A stretch of DNA of 64,000 nt from Alphaproteobacteria bacterium. Its GTDB lineage: Bacteria > Pseudomonadota > Alphaproteobacteria > UBA2966. The position numbers and the translations under genes were made by a program. The notes below the pieces were generated by a model, which was not told the DNA's origin, made no database searches, and saw nothing but the letters and a program-made list of their open reading frames with translations. Location of the stretch: assembly GCA_030740435.1 (NCBI GenBank), contig JASLXG010000071.1:1121-65120 (forward strand), in the 5' to 3' direction. Shown here one piece after another: positions 49,197 through 58,738 of the stretch (positions are counted from its first letter, which is position 1; each line of letters starts with the position of its first letter).

Positions 49197-50228
49197 CTAA
49201 TGCGCCACGCCCAGGTCCGGCTCCTGGAGATTGAGCCGCACCATGTTGCCGAGCAACTGGACGATGGCCTGGGAGCTTTCGCCCTCGCAGTTGTCGATAC
49301 TGAAGGCGGTGGAACAGTTCATGGCCTCCAGGCCGCCGGCGGCCAGGCAATCCCTGAGAAGGCGGCCCTCCATCTCGGGCCCGTGCATGAGGTCGGGATT
49401 ACCGAGCAGGAAAGCCAGCGCCGCCTCGACGCCGTAGGCGCCCCAGTTCGAGATCATGGCCGGAATCAGCACGTCGGTCTTGACCGCACAGACGTTGCCG
49501 CCCGGGCTGCCCTCGGTCTGGCTCTCGCGGCCGAAAGGCATGATCTCCTTGGCCTCATCGTGGATGCGGCCGAAGCCGACCTCGTTGCCATAGTCGCCGA
49601 TGCCGACGCTGAAGACGCCGCGTGCCGCCGCCTCGTCGACGACCGGGCTAAGGTCGAGAAGCTCAAGCTCGGGCCCCAGGACCCAGCCCGTGGCCGAATG
49701 CACGATGCCGTGCTCGCTGGGCCCCACGCGCTCGATCGAGATCACCGCCTTGGGCTGGAATTCGTCGCAGATCGCGGCGGCCCAGGCCGCCACCTCTGAG
49801 GCCTGCGTGGGCGCCACGGCCAGCGCCGCACCCAAGCGCTGGCGGGCCTCGTCGGGGCTGCGCACCATGATATGGGCGGCCTCGCTGCTGGCCACGATGG
49901 GGTCTCTGTGGTTGGCCTCGCAGACGTAGACGGGAACTGCCCCCAGCCCCTTGTGGAGCGCCCGGGCCAGAGCCGCGGCGCCGGGCGGGCCGTCGTTCTC
50001 GCCCTTGGGCAACCAGGGCGGGCAACCGGCACCGGTCATGATGAAAACCACATCGCCCTTGCCCACCGCCGCCACCAACCCCTCGGCGGCCCGCAGGCAG
50101 AGCGGCCGGCCGCCGCCCTCGCGTCGCGCCGCCTCGTAGAGCGGCAGAAGCGTGTCATAGGGCACGGCCCGGTTCTTGAACTCGATGGAGATCAGGCGGT
50201 CGATATTGTTGCCGATGGTCTCGGGCAT
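49197..50228 (-). CDS. DUF4392 / D-glutamate cyclase-like protein
   Basis: ATG 50228 follows GGAGGAACAGCC. The 343 aa resemble the DUF4392 family. The upstream half of the 632-aa track ORF is an out-of-frame shadow of the next gene. Confidence 0.75.
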   Translation of the reverse strand: MPETIGNNIDRLISIEFKNRAVPYDTLLPLYEAARREGGGRPLCLRAAEGLVAAVGKGDVVFIMTGAGCPPWLPKGENDGPPGAAALARALHKGLGAVPVYVCEANHRDPIVASSEAAHIMVRSPDEARQRLGAALAVAPTQASEVAAWAAAICDEFQPKAVISIERVGPSEHGIVHSATGWVLGPELELLDLSPVVDEAAARGVFSVGIGDYGNEVGFGRIHDEAKEIMPFGRESQTEGSPGGNVCAVKTDVLIPAMISNWGAYGVEAALAFLLGNPDLMHGPEMEGRLLRDCLAAGGLEAMNCSTAFSIDNCEGESSQAIVQLLGNMVRLNLQEPDLGVAH

Positions 50229-50245
50229 GGCTGTTCCTCCAGCGC

Positions 50246-51037
50246 CTACTCTCCGCGGAACTGGGGTTTGCGCTTTTCCGTCATGGCGGCAACGCCCTCG
50301 GCGAAGTCGGCGGAATCGATGAGCATGCTTTGGACGTAGACGTTGTGTTCCCACTCCGCCGCCAGGGTCGATTCGAGGCCGCGCCGGATGCCCTCCTTCA
50401 TGGCCCGGAGCGCCAGCGGCGGCCCGGCGGCGAGCTTGGCGGCGAGCTTGCCGGCGGCCTCCATCAGCGCGTCCGCCGCCACCACCTCGCGCACCAGGCC
50501 GATCTCCTGGGCCTCGGCCGCCGCCACCCGGCTCCCCAGCATCAGCATCTCGTTGGCCTTGGCCAGGCCCACCAGGCGGGGCAGCAGGTACATGCCGCCG
50601 AGCGGCGAGAGCAGGCCGAGATCGATCCAGGATTCGCGAAAGACGGCGTCTTCCGAGGCAATGCGGAAATCGCAGGCCAGGGCAATCTCGCAGCCCGCCC
50701 CGGCGGCCGGGCCATTGACGGCGGCCACGGTCGGCTTGGGACAGAGCTTGACGGCGCGCACGCCGGCGCCAAAGAAGCTGTAGACGGTGTTCTTCACCTC
50801 GAAGGGCCGGGCTTCGGTGAGCTCGACCAGGAAATCGTAATCGCCGCCGGCGGAGAAACCCTTGCCGGCGCCGGTAATCACCACCACCCGCACGGCATCG
50901 TCGCCGCCCAAGTCCTCGAAGGCCTCGATAATTTCCTCCATCATCGGCGGGATCAGGGCGTTGAGCACGTCGGGCCGGTCGAAGGTGAGCCAGCCGATGC
51001 CGTCTTTCTTTTCGACACGGATGTACTTGTAGGTCAT
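50246..51037 (-). CDS. Enoyl-CoA hydratase/isomerase family protein
   Basis: 263-aa crotonase fold with 'LTFDRPDVLNAL', 'FSAGGDYDF' and 'NGPAAGAGCEIALACDFRIA'. Confidence 0.9.
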   Translation of the reverse strand: MTYKYIRVEKKDGIGWLTFDRPDVLNALIPPMMEEIIEAFEDLGGDDAVRVVVITGAGKGFSAGGDYDFLVELTEARPFEVKNTVYSFFGAGVRAVKLCPKPTVAAVNGPAAGAGCEIALACDFRIASEDAVFRESWIDLGLLSPLGGMYLLPRLVGLAKANEMLMLGSRVAAAEAQEIGLVREVVAADALMEAAGKLAAKLAAGPPLALRAMKEGIRRGLESTLAAEWEHNVYVQSMLIDSADFAEGVAAMTEKRKPQFRGE

Positions 51038-51217
51038 GGAACCTCGCTGCTTTTGGAAATGTCCGTCTGGAGACCTCGGGGACCATCATGCACAATCTGG
51101 GCGGCGGGCACGAGTCGGCGGGCCGGTGGCGCGGCCAAGCAGATCATTAGCCCGCATTTGCCGCCTGTTCCGATCCGCCACTGGGTTTGGTCACCATCCT
51201 GCGTCGCTTCACGGCTT

Positions 51218-52804
51218 TTAGTTCACCAACATTCTTGGCGACATGGATTTTGCGAAGCGTTTTCGCAATCTTAGACTGGCATCAGAAAACAACACGGAAA
51301 AAACGTTATGATCATCGGAATAGGGCTCCGAATCACCAAGAAGAAATGGATTGATCTTCCGGACCTCTGTGACTGAAATATTAACCATACTGGCCACCCG
51401 GGCATGCACATCAGTTGATTCCATTTGGTATTTTTCGGGTCTTTCACCAGCAGTTCCAACGATGAAAATATTGCCCCCCTGAATACCGGAAAGAAATATG
51501 TTGGGAAAAGCATAGGCCACGGTTGCCATCAGTCGAAAATTTGGCTCTTTGTTAAATTCATCAAAACCAGTATTCATTATCACAGGCCCTTTGTCTTTCA
51601 AGCAATTTCGCAAATCCAGAAAAAACCCCTTTGTCATTAGATAGTCCGAGACATTATCCCCCCAAAACAAATCGACTATTATGACATCGAATTTGTTGTT
51701 ACATCTACGAACGAATGTTCGTGCATCTTCAAGGTAGATATTCACTCGATTGCGGTCAAATCCAAAATTTTCAGTTGCGGCCCGCAGCGCTGTTGGATTT
51801 ATTTCCATAACCGACACCTCAAGACCGTGTTGACTCAGGTGCCGCGGGACAATACCCGCACCAAGTCCCAATACCAAGGCATCACGCGCCTTCGGTGCGT
51901 AGATATGAGCAAAGGACTCGAGAACGTAGGTGTACATGGTTGCTGATTGATAATTCAGAGTCGTTTGATTTTGAATTAATCCATCTTGAACAAGGTATCT
52001 TTCGGTGGTGTCCGGCGCCTTTCTGGATTGCACATCCGCCACCTTGATATTACCGAACACCGATGTGTACTCGGCGCGAATTTTGAATTCGAGATCTGCG
52101 GAGGATGATGAGTCTATTAGTTCCAAATAGAGATTTCTTCCCATGAAAAACAACCCGACAAATACCGTCATGGCTAGACCGCCAATCAGAAGACGCCGCT
52201 TATCTATCCGAGGGAGTGAATTTGAAAGTAACACCAAAATCATGGCCGCACCGCACATTATCAAACCCAACAACAGAACTGCCCGGTGATTCGTCATATT
52301 AGGAATGAAAACAAAGGCCGTCACAATGACACCCAGCACCGAACCCAAGGTGCTGATGAAGAAAACTCTTCCGGCGCCCGCATCCCCGGTCCTGTCTTCG
52401 CGACGTTGCAAGCATATCAGCAGAGGATTCATCGCCGACAATGCGACCAACGGCAGCGCCAGGAGCAAGGTGGCGCCGAGGAAGCTTCCGACAATCAAGT
52501 TTCCCTCGGCCAGAATCTTGAATGTAATCGGATAGATCGCGGCGGCGACGACGATCGAGGCCGTCGAGAGCAATGGCGCCGCCAGGAAGCGGGTCTCGAG
52601 GGTTTGCTCGCCATGGCGCTGGGATAGACGTCCGCCGAAATGATAGCCGACTGCCAGGAACAACAACGTTGTCGAGAGAATGCCCGACCAGATATACAGG
52701 CTGACCCCGAAATAGGGGGTCATGATGCGTGACGCCAGCACCTCCAGCGAGAGCGTCACCGCACCGGTCAGGAACACCAGGGCCTCGTTGCGATTTATCG
52801 TCAA
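51218..52804 (-). CDS. Membrane-fused spermidine/spermine synthase-like methyltransferase-fold protein (low-GC gene)
   Basis: The N-terminal half has about 7 hydrophobic segments. The C-terminal half has 'LVLGLGAGIVPRHL...VMEINP...FDVIIVDLF'. The TTG 52804 start is provisional. GC is about 43% against about 67% in the flanks. Confidence 0.7.
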   Translation of the reverse strand: MTINRNEALVFLTGAVTLSLEVLASRIMTPYFGVSLYIWSGILSTTLLFLAVGYHFGGRLSQRHGEQTLETRFLAAPLLSTASIVVAAAIYPITFKILAEGNLIVGSFLGATLLLALPLVALSAMNPLLICLQRREDRTGDAGAGRVFFISTLGSVLGVIVTAFVFIPNMTNHRAVLLLGLIMCGAAMILVLLSNSLPRIDKRRLLIGGLAMTVFVGLFFMGRNLYLELIDSSSSADLEFKIRAEYTSVFGNIKVADVQSRKAPDTTERYLVQDGLIQNQTTLNYQSATMYTYVLESFAHIYAPKARDALVLGLGAGIVPRHLSQHGLEVSVMEINPTALRAATENFGFDRNRVNIYLEDARTFVRRCNNKFDVIIVDLFWGDNVSDYLMTKGFFLDLRNCLKDKGPVIMNTGFDEFNKEPNFRLMATVAYAFPNIFLSGIQGGNIFIVGTAGERPEKYQMESTDVHARVASMVNISVTEVRKINPFLLGDSEPYSDDHNVFSVLFSDASLRLRKRFAKSMSPRMLVN

Positions 52805-52836
52805 ATCAGGAATTCCCTTGCCAGGTCGTTCACTTG

Positions 52837-53472
52837 TCAGGAAATCTCGGCCGCCGTCACGATGCGCACACCGGCCTCGGTCATGGCCTGGTGCGCCGCC
52901 GCCCTCGAGCCCTCGAGGTCGATGTAGCGGGTGGCGTCGTCGATGACGAAGGTCTCGAAGCCGGCCGCCACCGCATCCAGGGCCGAATAAAGGACGCAAT
53001 AATCGCCGGCCAGGCCGCCGATGAAGAGGCGCTTGAAACCGCGTTCGCGCAGGTAGCCCTCGAGGCCTGTCCGGGTCGTACGGTCGTTCTCGGCGAAGGC
53101 CGAATAAGAATCGATTTCAGGGTGAAAGCCCTTGCGCACCACCAGCTCGAAATGATCTGTCTCGAGCTCAGCATGAAACTCAGCGCCCACCGTGCCCTGG
53201 ACGCAGTGGTCGGGCCACAGCGTTTGCGGGCCATAAGGGAATTCCATGCTGCTGTAGGGCTCTGCTCCATGGACCGAGGCGAAGGAGCGATGGCCGGCCG
53301 GGTGCCAGTCCTGGGCCGCCACGGCGCTGGAGAAGCGTTCGGCCAGGCGGTTGAACACGGCCACCACGGCCGAACCCTCGGGCACCGCCAGGTTGCCCTG
53401 TTCGCAAAAATCGTTCTGCACGTCGACGACCAGAAGAACGTCGCCCTGGGTCGGCTTGATGATCTCGCTCAT
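52837..53472 (-). CDS. pncA: Nicotinamidase/pyrazinamidase (isochorismatase family)
   Basis: Start at 'MSEIIKPTQGDVLLVVDVQNDFC', with the catalytic Cys block 'GGLAGDYCV'. Confidence 0.85.
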   Translation of the reverse strand: MSEIIKPTQGDVLLVVDVQNDFCEQGNLAVPEGSAVVAVFNRLAERFSSAVAAQDWHPAGHRSFASVHGAEPYSSMEFPYGPQTLWPDHCVQGTVGAEFHAELETDHFELVVRKGFHPEIDSYSAFAENDRTTRTGLEGYLRERGFKRLFIGGLAGDYCVLYSALDAVAAGFETFVIDDATRYIDLEGSRAAAHQAMTEAGVRIVTAAEIS

Positions 53473-53491
53473 GGCACCCGGTCCTTCCCCA

Positions 53492-55027
53492 TCATATGTT
53501 GCGACCGGTGCCCTGCCAGTATGGATCGCGCAGCCGGCGTTTGAAGATCTTGCCCGAGTCCTCGCGAGGAAGGTCGCCCTGAAATTCGATGACCCGCGGG
53601 ATCTTGAAGGCTGCCACGTGCTCGCCGAGGTGCTGGCGCACCGCCTCGGCGCTGAGTTCGGCGCCGGCCTCGGGCTCGATGTAGGCGCACAGCTCCTCGC
53701 CGAATTCCTCATGGGGAATGCCGAAGACGGCACAGTCATGGACACCCGCCAGCGAGCCCAGAGCCGCCTCGATCTCGGCCGGGTAGATGTTGACGCCGCC
53801 CGAGATCACCATGTCGTTCTTGCGATCGCAGAGGAACAGATAGCGGTCCTCGTCCAGGTAGCCCATGTCGCCCACGGTGACCAGGTCGTCCCAGCCGATC
53901 TCGCGGCGTTTGTCGTCCTTGCCGTGGTAGGTGAAGTCGGGGTAGGCGTGGATGTTGAGATAGATCTCGCCGACCTCTCCGACCGGCAACTCCTTGCCGT
54001 CGTCGCCGCGGATGCGCACCTGGCCGCCGCGCACCGGGGTGCCCACGGTGCCGGGCTTGGCCAGGGCCTGGTGGCTGTCGTTGAAGATGACGATGCCGGT
54101 TTCGGTGGCGCCGTAGTATTCGCCGATCACCGGCCCCCACCAGTCGATCATGCGCCGCTTGACCTCGGGCGGACAGGGCGCGGCGCCGTGGACCACGAAT
54201 TCCAGCGAGGAGACGTCGTAGCGCGACCGAACCTCGGCCGGCAGCTTTAGGAGCCGCATGAACATGGTCGGCACCATGTGCATGTGGCTGAGGCGGTGGA
54301 TATCGATCAGACGCAGCAGTTCCTCGGCGTCGAAGCGCGGCTGCAGCACCACCAGGCCCGGCTGCTGCACCGCCCTGAGGCCGTAGGAGTTGGGCGCCGA
54401 GTGGTACATGGGCCCGGTGATGGCCGCGCGGATTTCCTGGCCGGGAAGGAATCCGAAGCCATGGGCCACGGTCTCGGTGATGCGGGCGGCGTTTTCCGGG
54501 GTGGCGGGCCGGCGCCGCACGCCCTTGGGCCGGCCGGTGGTGCCCGAGGTATAGATGATGTTGGCTCGCAGGCGCTGGAGCGGCCCGCTCCAGGGTTCGT
54601 GGCCGCTGCTCCAAGCGTTCCAGTCGAGCGTGCCCGGCGGTAGCACGCAGGCCTCAGCCGCCAAGCCGTATGCGGCTGTGACCTCGGGCGGTGTCGGCAT
54701 CAGTAGCGCCGTCACCCCTGCCGGCAGGTCGCCGGCGAGGACGGGATAGAGGTCGGCGTGCATCACGATGACCCGGGCGCCGCAGTCCTCGAGCATGTAG
54801 AGCGCCTCCTCGGTCACCGAATGCCAGTTGATGGGCACGGCATAGGCGCCCAGGAGCGCGGCCGCGGCGGCGACCTCGAAAAGGGCGAAATCGTTGCGCA
54901 ACATCATGGCGATGGTGTCGTTCTCGCCGATACCCAGATCACTGAACGCCGTTGCCGCGCTGGCCGCACGCTGGGCCAGTTCGTCCTGGGTCAATTGGCG
55001 TTCGCCGCTGATGATCAATCCCGCCAT
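53492..55027 (-). CDS. AMP-dependent acyl-CoA synthetase/ligase
   Basis: Start at '[13 protein letters not shown]'. Carries '[14 protein letters not shown]' and '[21 protein letters not shown]'. Confidence 0.9.
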   Translation of the reverse strand: MAGLIISGERQLTQDELAQRAASAATAFSDLGIGENDTIAMMLRNDFALFEVAAAAALLGAYAVPINWHSVTEEALYMLEDCGARVIVMHADLYPVLAGDLPAGVTALLMPTPPEVTAAYGLAAEACVLPPGTLDWNAWSSGHEPWSGPLQRLRANIIYTSGTTGRPKGVRRRPATPENAARITETVAHGFGFLPGQEIRAAITGPMYHSAPNSYGLRAVQQPGLVVLQPRFDAEELLRLIDIHRLSHMHMVPTMFMRLLKLPAEVRSRYDVSSLEFVVHGAAPCPPEVKRRMIDWWGPVIGEYYGATETGIVIFNDSHQALAKPGTVGTPVRGGQVRIRGDDGKELPVGEVGEIYLNIHAYPDFTYHGKDDKRREIGWDDLVTVGDMGYLDEDRYLFLCDRKNDMVISGGVNIYPAEIEAALGSLAGVHDCAVFGIPHEEFGEELCAYIEPEAGAELSAEAVRQHLGEHVAAFKIPRVIEFQGDLPREDSGKIFKRRLRDPYWQGTGRNI

Positions 55028-55132
55028 GGCCGAATTCTGCCGTGCTTTGGCGCATTTTCCCAGCGCTGCTTGACCCGGACGCCCCGGCGCAATAGGTCTC
55101 GGGGTCGCAACCTGGTAGACCGAGAGAATATC

Positions 55133-56308
55133 ATGGCCGACAAGAGCTTTCTCGAGTGGCCCTTTTTCGCCCACCACCACCGCGATCTGGCCCAGCGCAT
55201 CGAGGCCTTTGCGGCCAGCGAGCTGGCGCCGCTGCTGGAGCTCGCCGACGACAGCGAGGCCACCCTCGATGCCACCTGCCGCGAGCTGGTGGCAACGCTC
55301 GGCCGGGCCGGCTTCCTGGCGCCCTGCGTGGTGGCCGACGAGGGCGGGCGTTTCGACGTGCGCAGCCTGTGTCTCAGCCGCGAGATTTTGGCCCGTCTGG
55401 GCGGCCTCGCGGATTTCTCCTTTGCCATGCAGGGCCTCGGTTCAGCACCGATCTCGTTATTCGGCACGGCGGAGCAGAAGGCGCACTACCTGCCGCCGGT
55501 GGCAGGCGGCGAACACGTCGCCGCCTTCGCGCTCTCGGAGCAGAACGCGGGCTCCGACGTGGCTGCCATGGCCACCACGGCTGAGGCCGACGGCGCCGAC
55601 TACGTGCTCAATGGCTCGAAGACCTGGATTTCCAACGGCGGCATCGCCGACACCTACGTGGTCTTCGCGCGTTCGGGCGAGGCCGGCGGCGCACGCGGGC
55701 TTTCGGCCTTCATCGTCGAGGCCGGAACGCCGGGCTTCGAGATCGCCGGGCGCATCCCGCTGATGGCGCCCCATCCCATCGCCACCTTGGCCTTCACGGA
55801 CTGCCGGGTGCCGGCCGCCAACCGCCTGGGGGGGCCGGGCGAGGGCTTCAAGATCGCCATGGCGACGCTCGACGTCTTCCGCACCACGGTGGGCGCAGCG
55901 GCGCTGGGCTTTGCCCGGCGTGCCTTCGACGAGGCCCTGGGGCGCACGCGTGAACGCGAGATGTTCGGCCAGCAGCTGGTCGATTTCCAGCTCACCCAGG
56001 CCGCCATCGGCGACATGGCGGTGGGCATAGATACCTCGGCGCTGGCCGTCTATCGCGCCGCCTGGACCCGGGACACGACGGGGCGGCGCATCAGCCGCGA
56101 GGCCTCGGTGGCCAAGTTCCACGCCACCGAGACGGCGCAACACGTGATCGACACGGCGCTGCAACTCCACGGCGGCCTGGGCGTGGTCAAGGGCCAGGCC
56201 GTCGAGGCGCTCTATCGCGACATCCGGGCGCTGCGCATCTACGAAGGTGCCTCGGAGGTGCAGAAACTGATCATCGCCGGGGCGATTTTGAAGGGCGACG
56301 GGCAGTAG
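55133..56308 (+). CDS. Acyl-CoA dehydrogenase
   Basis: Start at '[12 protein letters not shown]'. Carries '[11 protein letters not shown]' and the C-terminal '[13 protein letters not shown]'. Divergent from the synthetase gene. Confidence 0.9.
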   Translation: MADKSFLEWPFFAHHHRDLAQRIEAFAASELAPLLELADDSEATLDATCRELVATLGRAGFLAPCVVADEGGRFDVRSLCLSREILARLGGLADFSFAMQGLGSAPISLFGTAEQKAHYLPPVAGGEHVAAFALSEQNAGSDVAAMATTAEADGADYVLNGSKTWISNGGIADTYVVFARSGEAGGARGLSAFIVEAGTPGFEIAGRIPLMAPHPIATLAFTDCRVPAANRLGGPGEGFKIAMATLDVFRTTVGAAALGFARRAFDEALGRTREREMFGQQLVDFQLTQAAIGDMAVGIDTSALAVYRAAWTRDTTGRRISREASVAKFHATETAQHVIDTALQLHGGLGVVKGQAVEALYRDIRALRIYEGASEVQKLIIAGAILKGDGQ

Positions 56309-56353
56309 GGACAAAGAGAAGCTGCCCGGCTCCCATTTTGACGTTCGGCGTCT

Positions 56354-56809
56354 TTAACATTTGTAGGCTGCACGGAGCGCATCTGAAATACCCGTGTATA
56401 CGTCTGATTGCCACGCCTTTTGGTTCTCGTCCGCCCAATTCAGAAACAATTGCGCAAGCTGACTTGTGGTAATTTCTTCATGATTACAGGCGCCAAGAAA
56501 CAACCTGCTGCCTTTCAACAAATTGTCAACATCCAAAGCTATCTTTGGTTCGAGATTGGCCGCAAAAACCTTCTCCATCACGGCAGCGTTTACACTATTG
56601 AGAAAATCAGCATTGAACCTCATTATTTCGTACATCCCCCTAAGCAACCCAAGGCACTCGCCCATCGCGAACATCAACTTCGGAGTGGTCGCCTGAGAGG
56701 GAGTTTTCACCAAGCGACAACCTTCAAGGGCTTGTTGCACGGTTGCGGCCTGGCTGTCGGCTACAGCCGGCACCAACAGAAGAAAGACCGACAGAAAGGC
56801 TACCCTCAT
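56354..56809 (-). CDS. Secreted hypothetical protein, Rap1a/Tai4-like immunity-protein pattern (low-GC gene)
   Basis: Signal peptide 'MRVAFLSVFLLLVPAVADS'. The C-terminal 'GACNHEEITTSQLAQLFLNWADENQKAWQSDVYTGISDALRAAYKC' resembles the Cys...Cys-terminated helical motif of Rap1a/Tai4 proteins. GC is about 45-50%. Confidence 0.45.
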   Translation of the reverse strand: MRVAFLSVFLLLVPAVADSQAATVQQALEGCRLVKTPSQATTPKLMFAMGECLGLLRGMYEIMRFNADFLNSVNAAVMEKVFAANLEPKIALDVDNLLKGSRLFLGACNHEEITTSQLAQLFLNWADENQKAWQSDVYTGISDALRAAYKC

Positions 56810-57061
56810 CGACCTACCCTTTCCATATTTCCGCAAATCCTGTCACACCCTATCCCCGACGAAAGTTGGGCGCGCGATGGTACGCGATCTTTGGCAGCCG
56901 GGCGAATCCGTGAGGCTGCGTGACATCCGCTCGGAGAATGGCAGAGCCCGTGGCTGCCTCTTGCTTCTCTCAATGGCTTGACCCCGAACGCAACCTGCTG
57001 TCTCATCACTGGATTGGGGAACGCTCCCCCATCTTCACCTTCGCTCCGGCCCTCCTGAACT

Positions 57062-58282
57062 TTGGATAGCCGCTCCCTGCACGGTTTCGCGATTATCAGC
57101 CAGCTCGACAAACGCTATCTCACCGTGTTGGGCGCCTGCCTCACCCAGTTCACGGTCGTGGGACTGCTTTTCTCCTACGCTTTGTTCTTCAAAGCCTTCG
57201 AAGTGGAATACGGCTGGTCGCGTACGCTGCTGTCGAGCGGCACTTCCTTCGCCTTTATCGTGATGGGCGTTTTGGGCTTCTTCGCTGGCCAGCTGAACGA
57301 TCGCTACGGCCCCCGAACGGTTCTTGCCGTGGCCGGGACTTTGTGCGGCATGGGGTATGTGCTTTTGTCCCAAGTGACCGAGCCTTGGCAGCTATTTGCT
57401 ATTTTCGGCCTGTTTATCGGCGTCGGCTTGGCCACCCATGATGTGGTAACGCTCTCGACGATCGCGCGACAGTTTCGCCAACGCCGCGGCATCGTGACCG
57501 GTGTGGTGAAGGTGGGGACCGCGGCTGGCCAGATTGCCGTTCCGCCCGGCGCTGCGATTCTCATTGCGATTTATGATTGGCGGCTGGCCTTGACGATTCT
57601 GGGAATCGCCGGCGTCGTATTGTTGGTATTTGCCGCCCTGATGGTGCAGAACCCATTGGCCAGCGGCGAGTCGGACGACCGCACCGACGCAGACGGTTCG
57701 GGAATTCAGGAGGCGCGCCGCAGCCGCACTTTCTGGATGTTCTGTGCCATACAATTTTCCTTCTTTACGACCCTGACGACCATCCCGCTGCACATTGTGG
57801 TGCACGGCATGGATCTCGGCATGACCCCCGCCTTAGCCGCCATGCTGCTCTCGGTAATGGGCGCGGCCAGCGTGGCGGGGCGCTTGTCGGTGGGGGCGCT
57901 TGTCGATCGACTTGGCGGCAGGCGTGCGCTTCTGCTTTGTCTTGTGCCGCTCATTGCCAGCCTGCTCGCGTTCCTTTCCACCTCGACGCCATGGCTCTTG
58001 TTTGTCGCTGTCGGTGTCTATGGCATTGCCCATGGTGGCCTCTTCACCGTCATGTCGCCCACCGTCGCCGAGTATTTCGGATTGAAGGCGCATGGCGCGA
58101 TCTTCGGGATCGTGGTGTTTTTCGGCACCATCGGAGGCGCCTCCGGACCGATCCTGGCGGGACGTATTTTCGATCTGACGGATAGCTATACCCTGGCCTT
58201 TGCCAGCCTCGCGGCACTGGCAACATTGGGGCTCGTGCTTGCTCTGAGGCTACCCTTATCAAGTCCGGGCCTACATCGCTAA
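57062..58282 (+). CDS. MFS transporter (oxalate/formate antiporter-like family)
   Basis: 406 aa and about 12 hydrophobic segments, with 'GQLNDRYGPR' between TM2 and TM3. The TTG start is provisional. Confidence 0.8.
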   Translation: MDSRSLHGFAIISQLDKRYLTVLGACLTQFTVVGLLFSYALFFKAFEVEYGWSRTLLSSGTSFAFIVMGVLGFFAGQLNDRYGPRTVLAVAGTLCGMGYVLLSQVTEPWQLFAIFGLFIGVGLATHDVVTLSTIARQFRQRRGIVTGVVKVGTAAGQIAVPPGAAILIAIYDWRLALTILGIAGVVLLVFAALMVQNPLASGESDDRTDADGSGIQEARRSRTFWMFCAIQFSFFTTLTTIPLHIVVHGMDLGMTPALAAMLLSVMGAASVAGRLSVGALVDRLGGRRALLLCLVPLIASLLAFLSTSTPWLLFVAVGVYGIAHGGLFTVMSPTVAEYFGLKAHGAIFGIVVFFGTIGGASGPILAGRIFDLTDSYTLAFASLAALATLGLVLALRLPLSSPGLHR

Positions 58283-58303
58283 GGATGCCAGGTTTGATAG
58301 GAA

Positions 58304-58738
58304 TCACTCGGCCAGCGCCGCCCGCAAACGTTCGGCCTCGGCCGCCAGTTCCTCCTGGGGCGGATGCTTGGCCGGCCAGGTGAGCTCGACGCCATCGTTA
58401 TCATGGCGGGGCAGAACGTGCAGGTGAAAATGCCCGACGGTCTGGAAGCCGGCCGGGCGGTTGGCCTGGAGGATGGTCTGACCGGCCGGGGCGTAGGTCC
58501 GCTCGAGGACCCGGGCGATGCGGTTGGCGATGCGGAAGGCTTGGGCCGCGGTGTCCTCGTCGAGGTCCATCATGGTTTCGGCGTGGTGGCGCGCCAGCAC
58601 CAGGGTGTGACCCGGGTTGACGTGGCCCAGATCCATGATGGCCATCACCCGGTCGTCCTGGTAGACCACATGGGCCGGTAGCTCGCCGGCGGCGATGCGG
58701 CAGAAGACACAATCGGGGTTGTCGTTCACGGAGTCTTC
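58304..58738 (-). CDS. HIT family hydrolase
   Basis: GTG 58738 follows GGAAG. Carries 'CVFCRIAAGE' and the histidine triad 'HFHLHVLPR'. Confidence 0.85.
   Translation of the reverse strand, partial: EDSVNDNPDCVFCRIAAGELPAHVVYQDDRVMAIMDLGHVNPGHTLVLARHHAETMMDLDEDTAAQAFRIANRIARVLERTYAPAGQTILQANRPAGFQTVGHFHLHVLPRHDNDGVELTWPAKHPPQEELAAEAERLRAALAE

Noticed and set aside
50229-51095. Upstream half of the 632-aa track ORF 49197..51095
   Set aside because: It is an out-of-frame overlap with the crotonase gene 50246..51037. The DUF4392-like protein starts at ATG 50228, behind a strong GGAGG.
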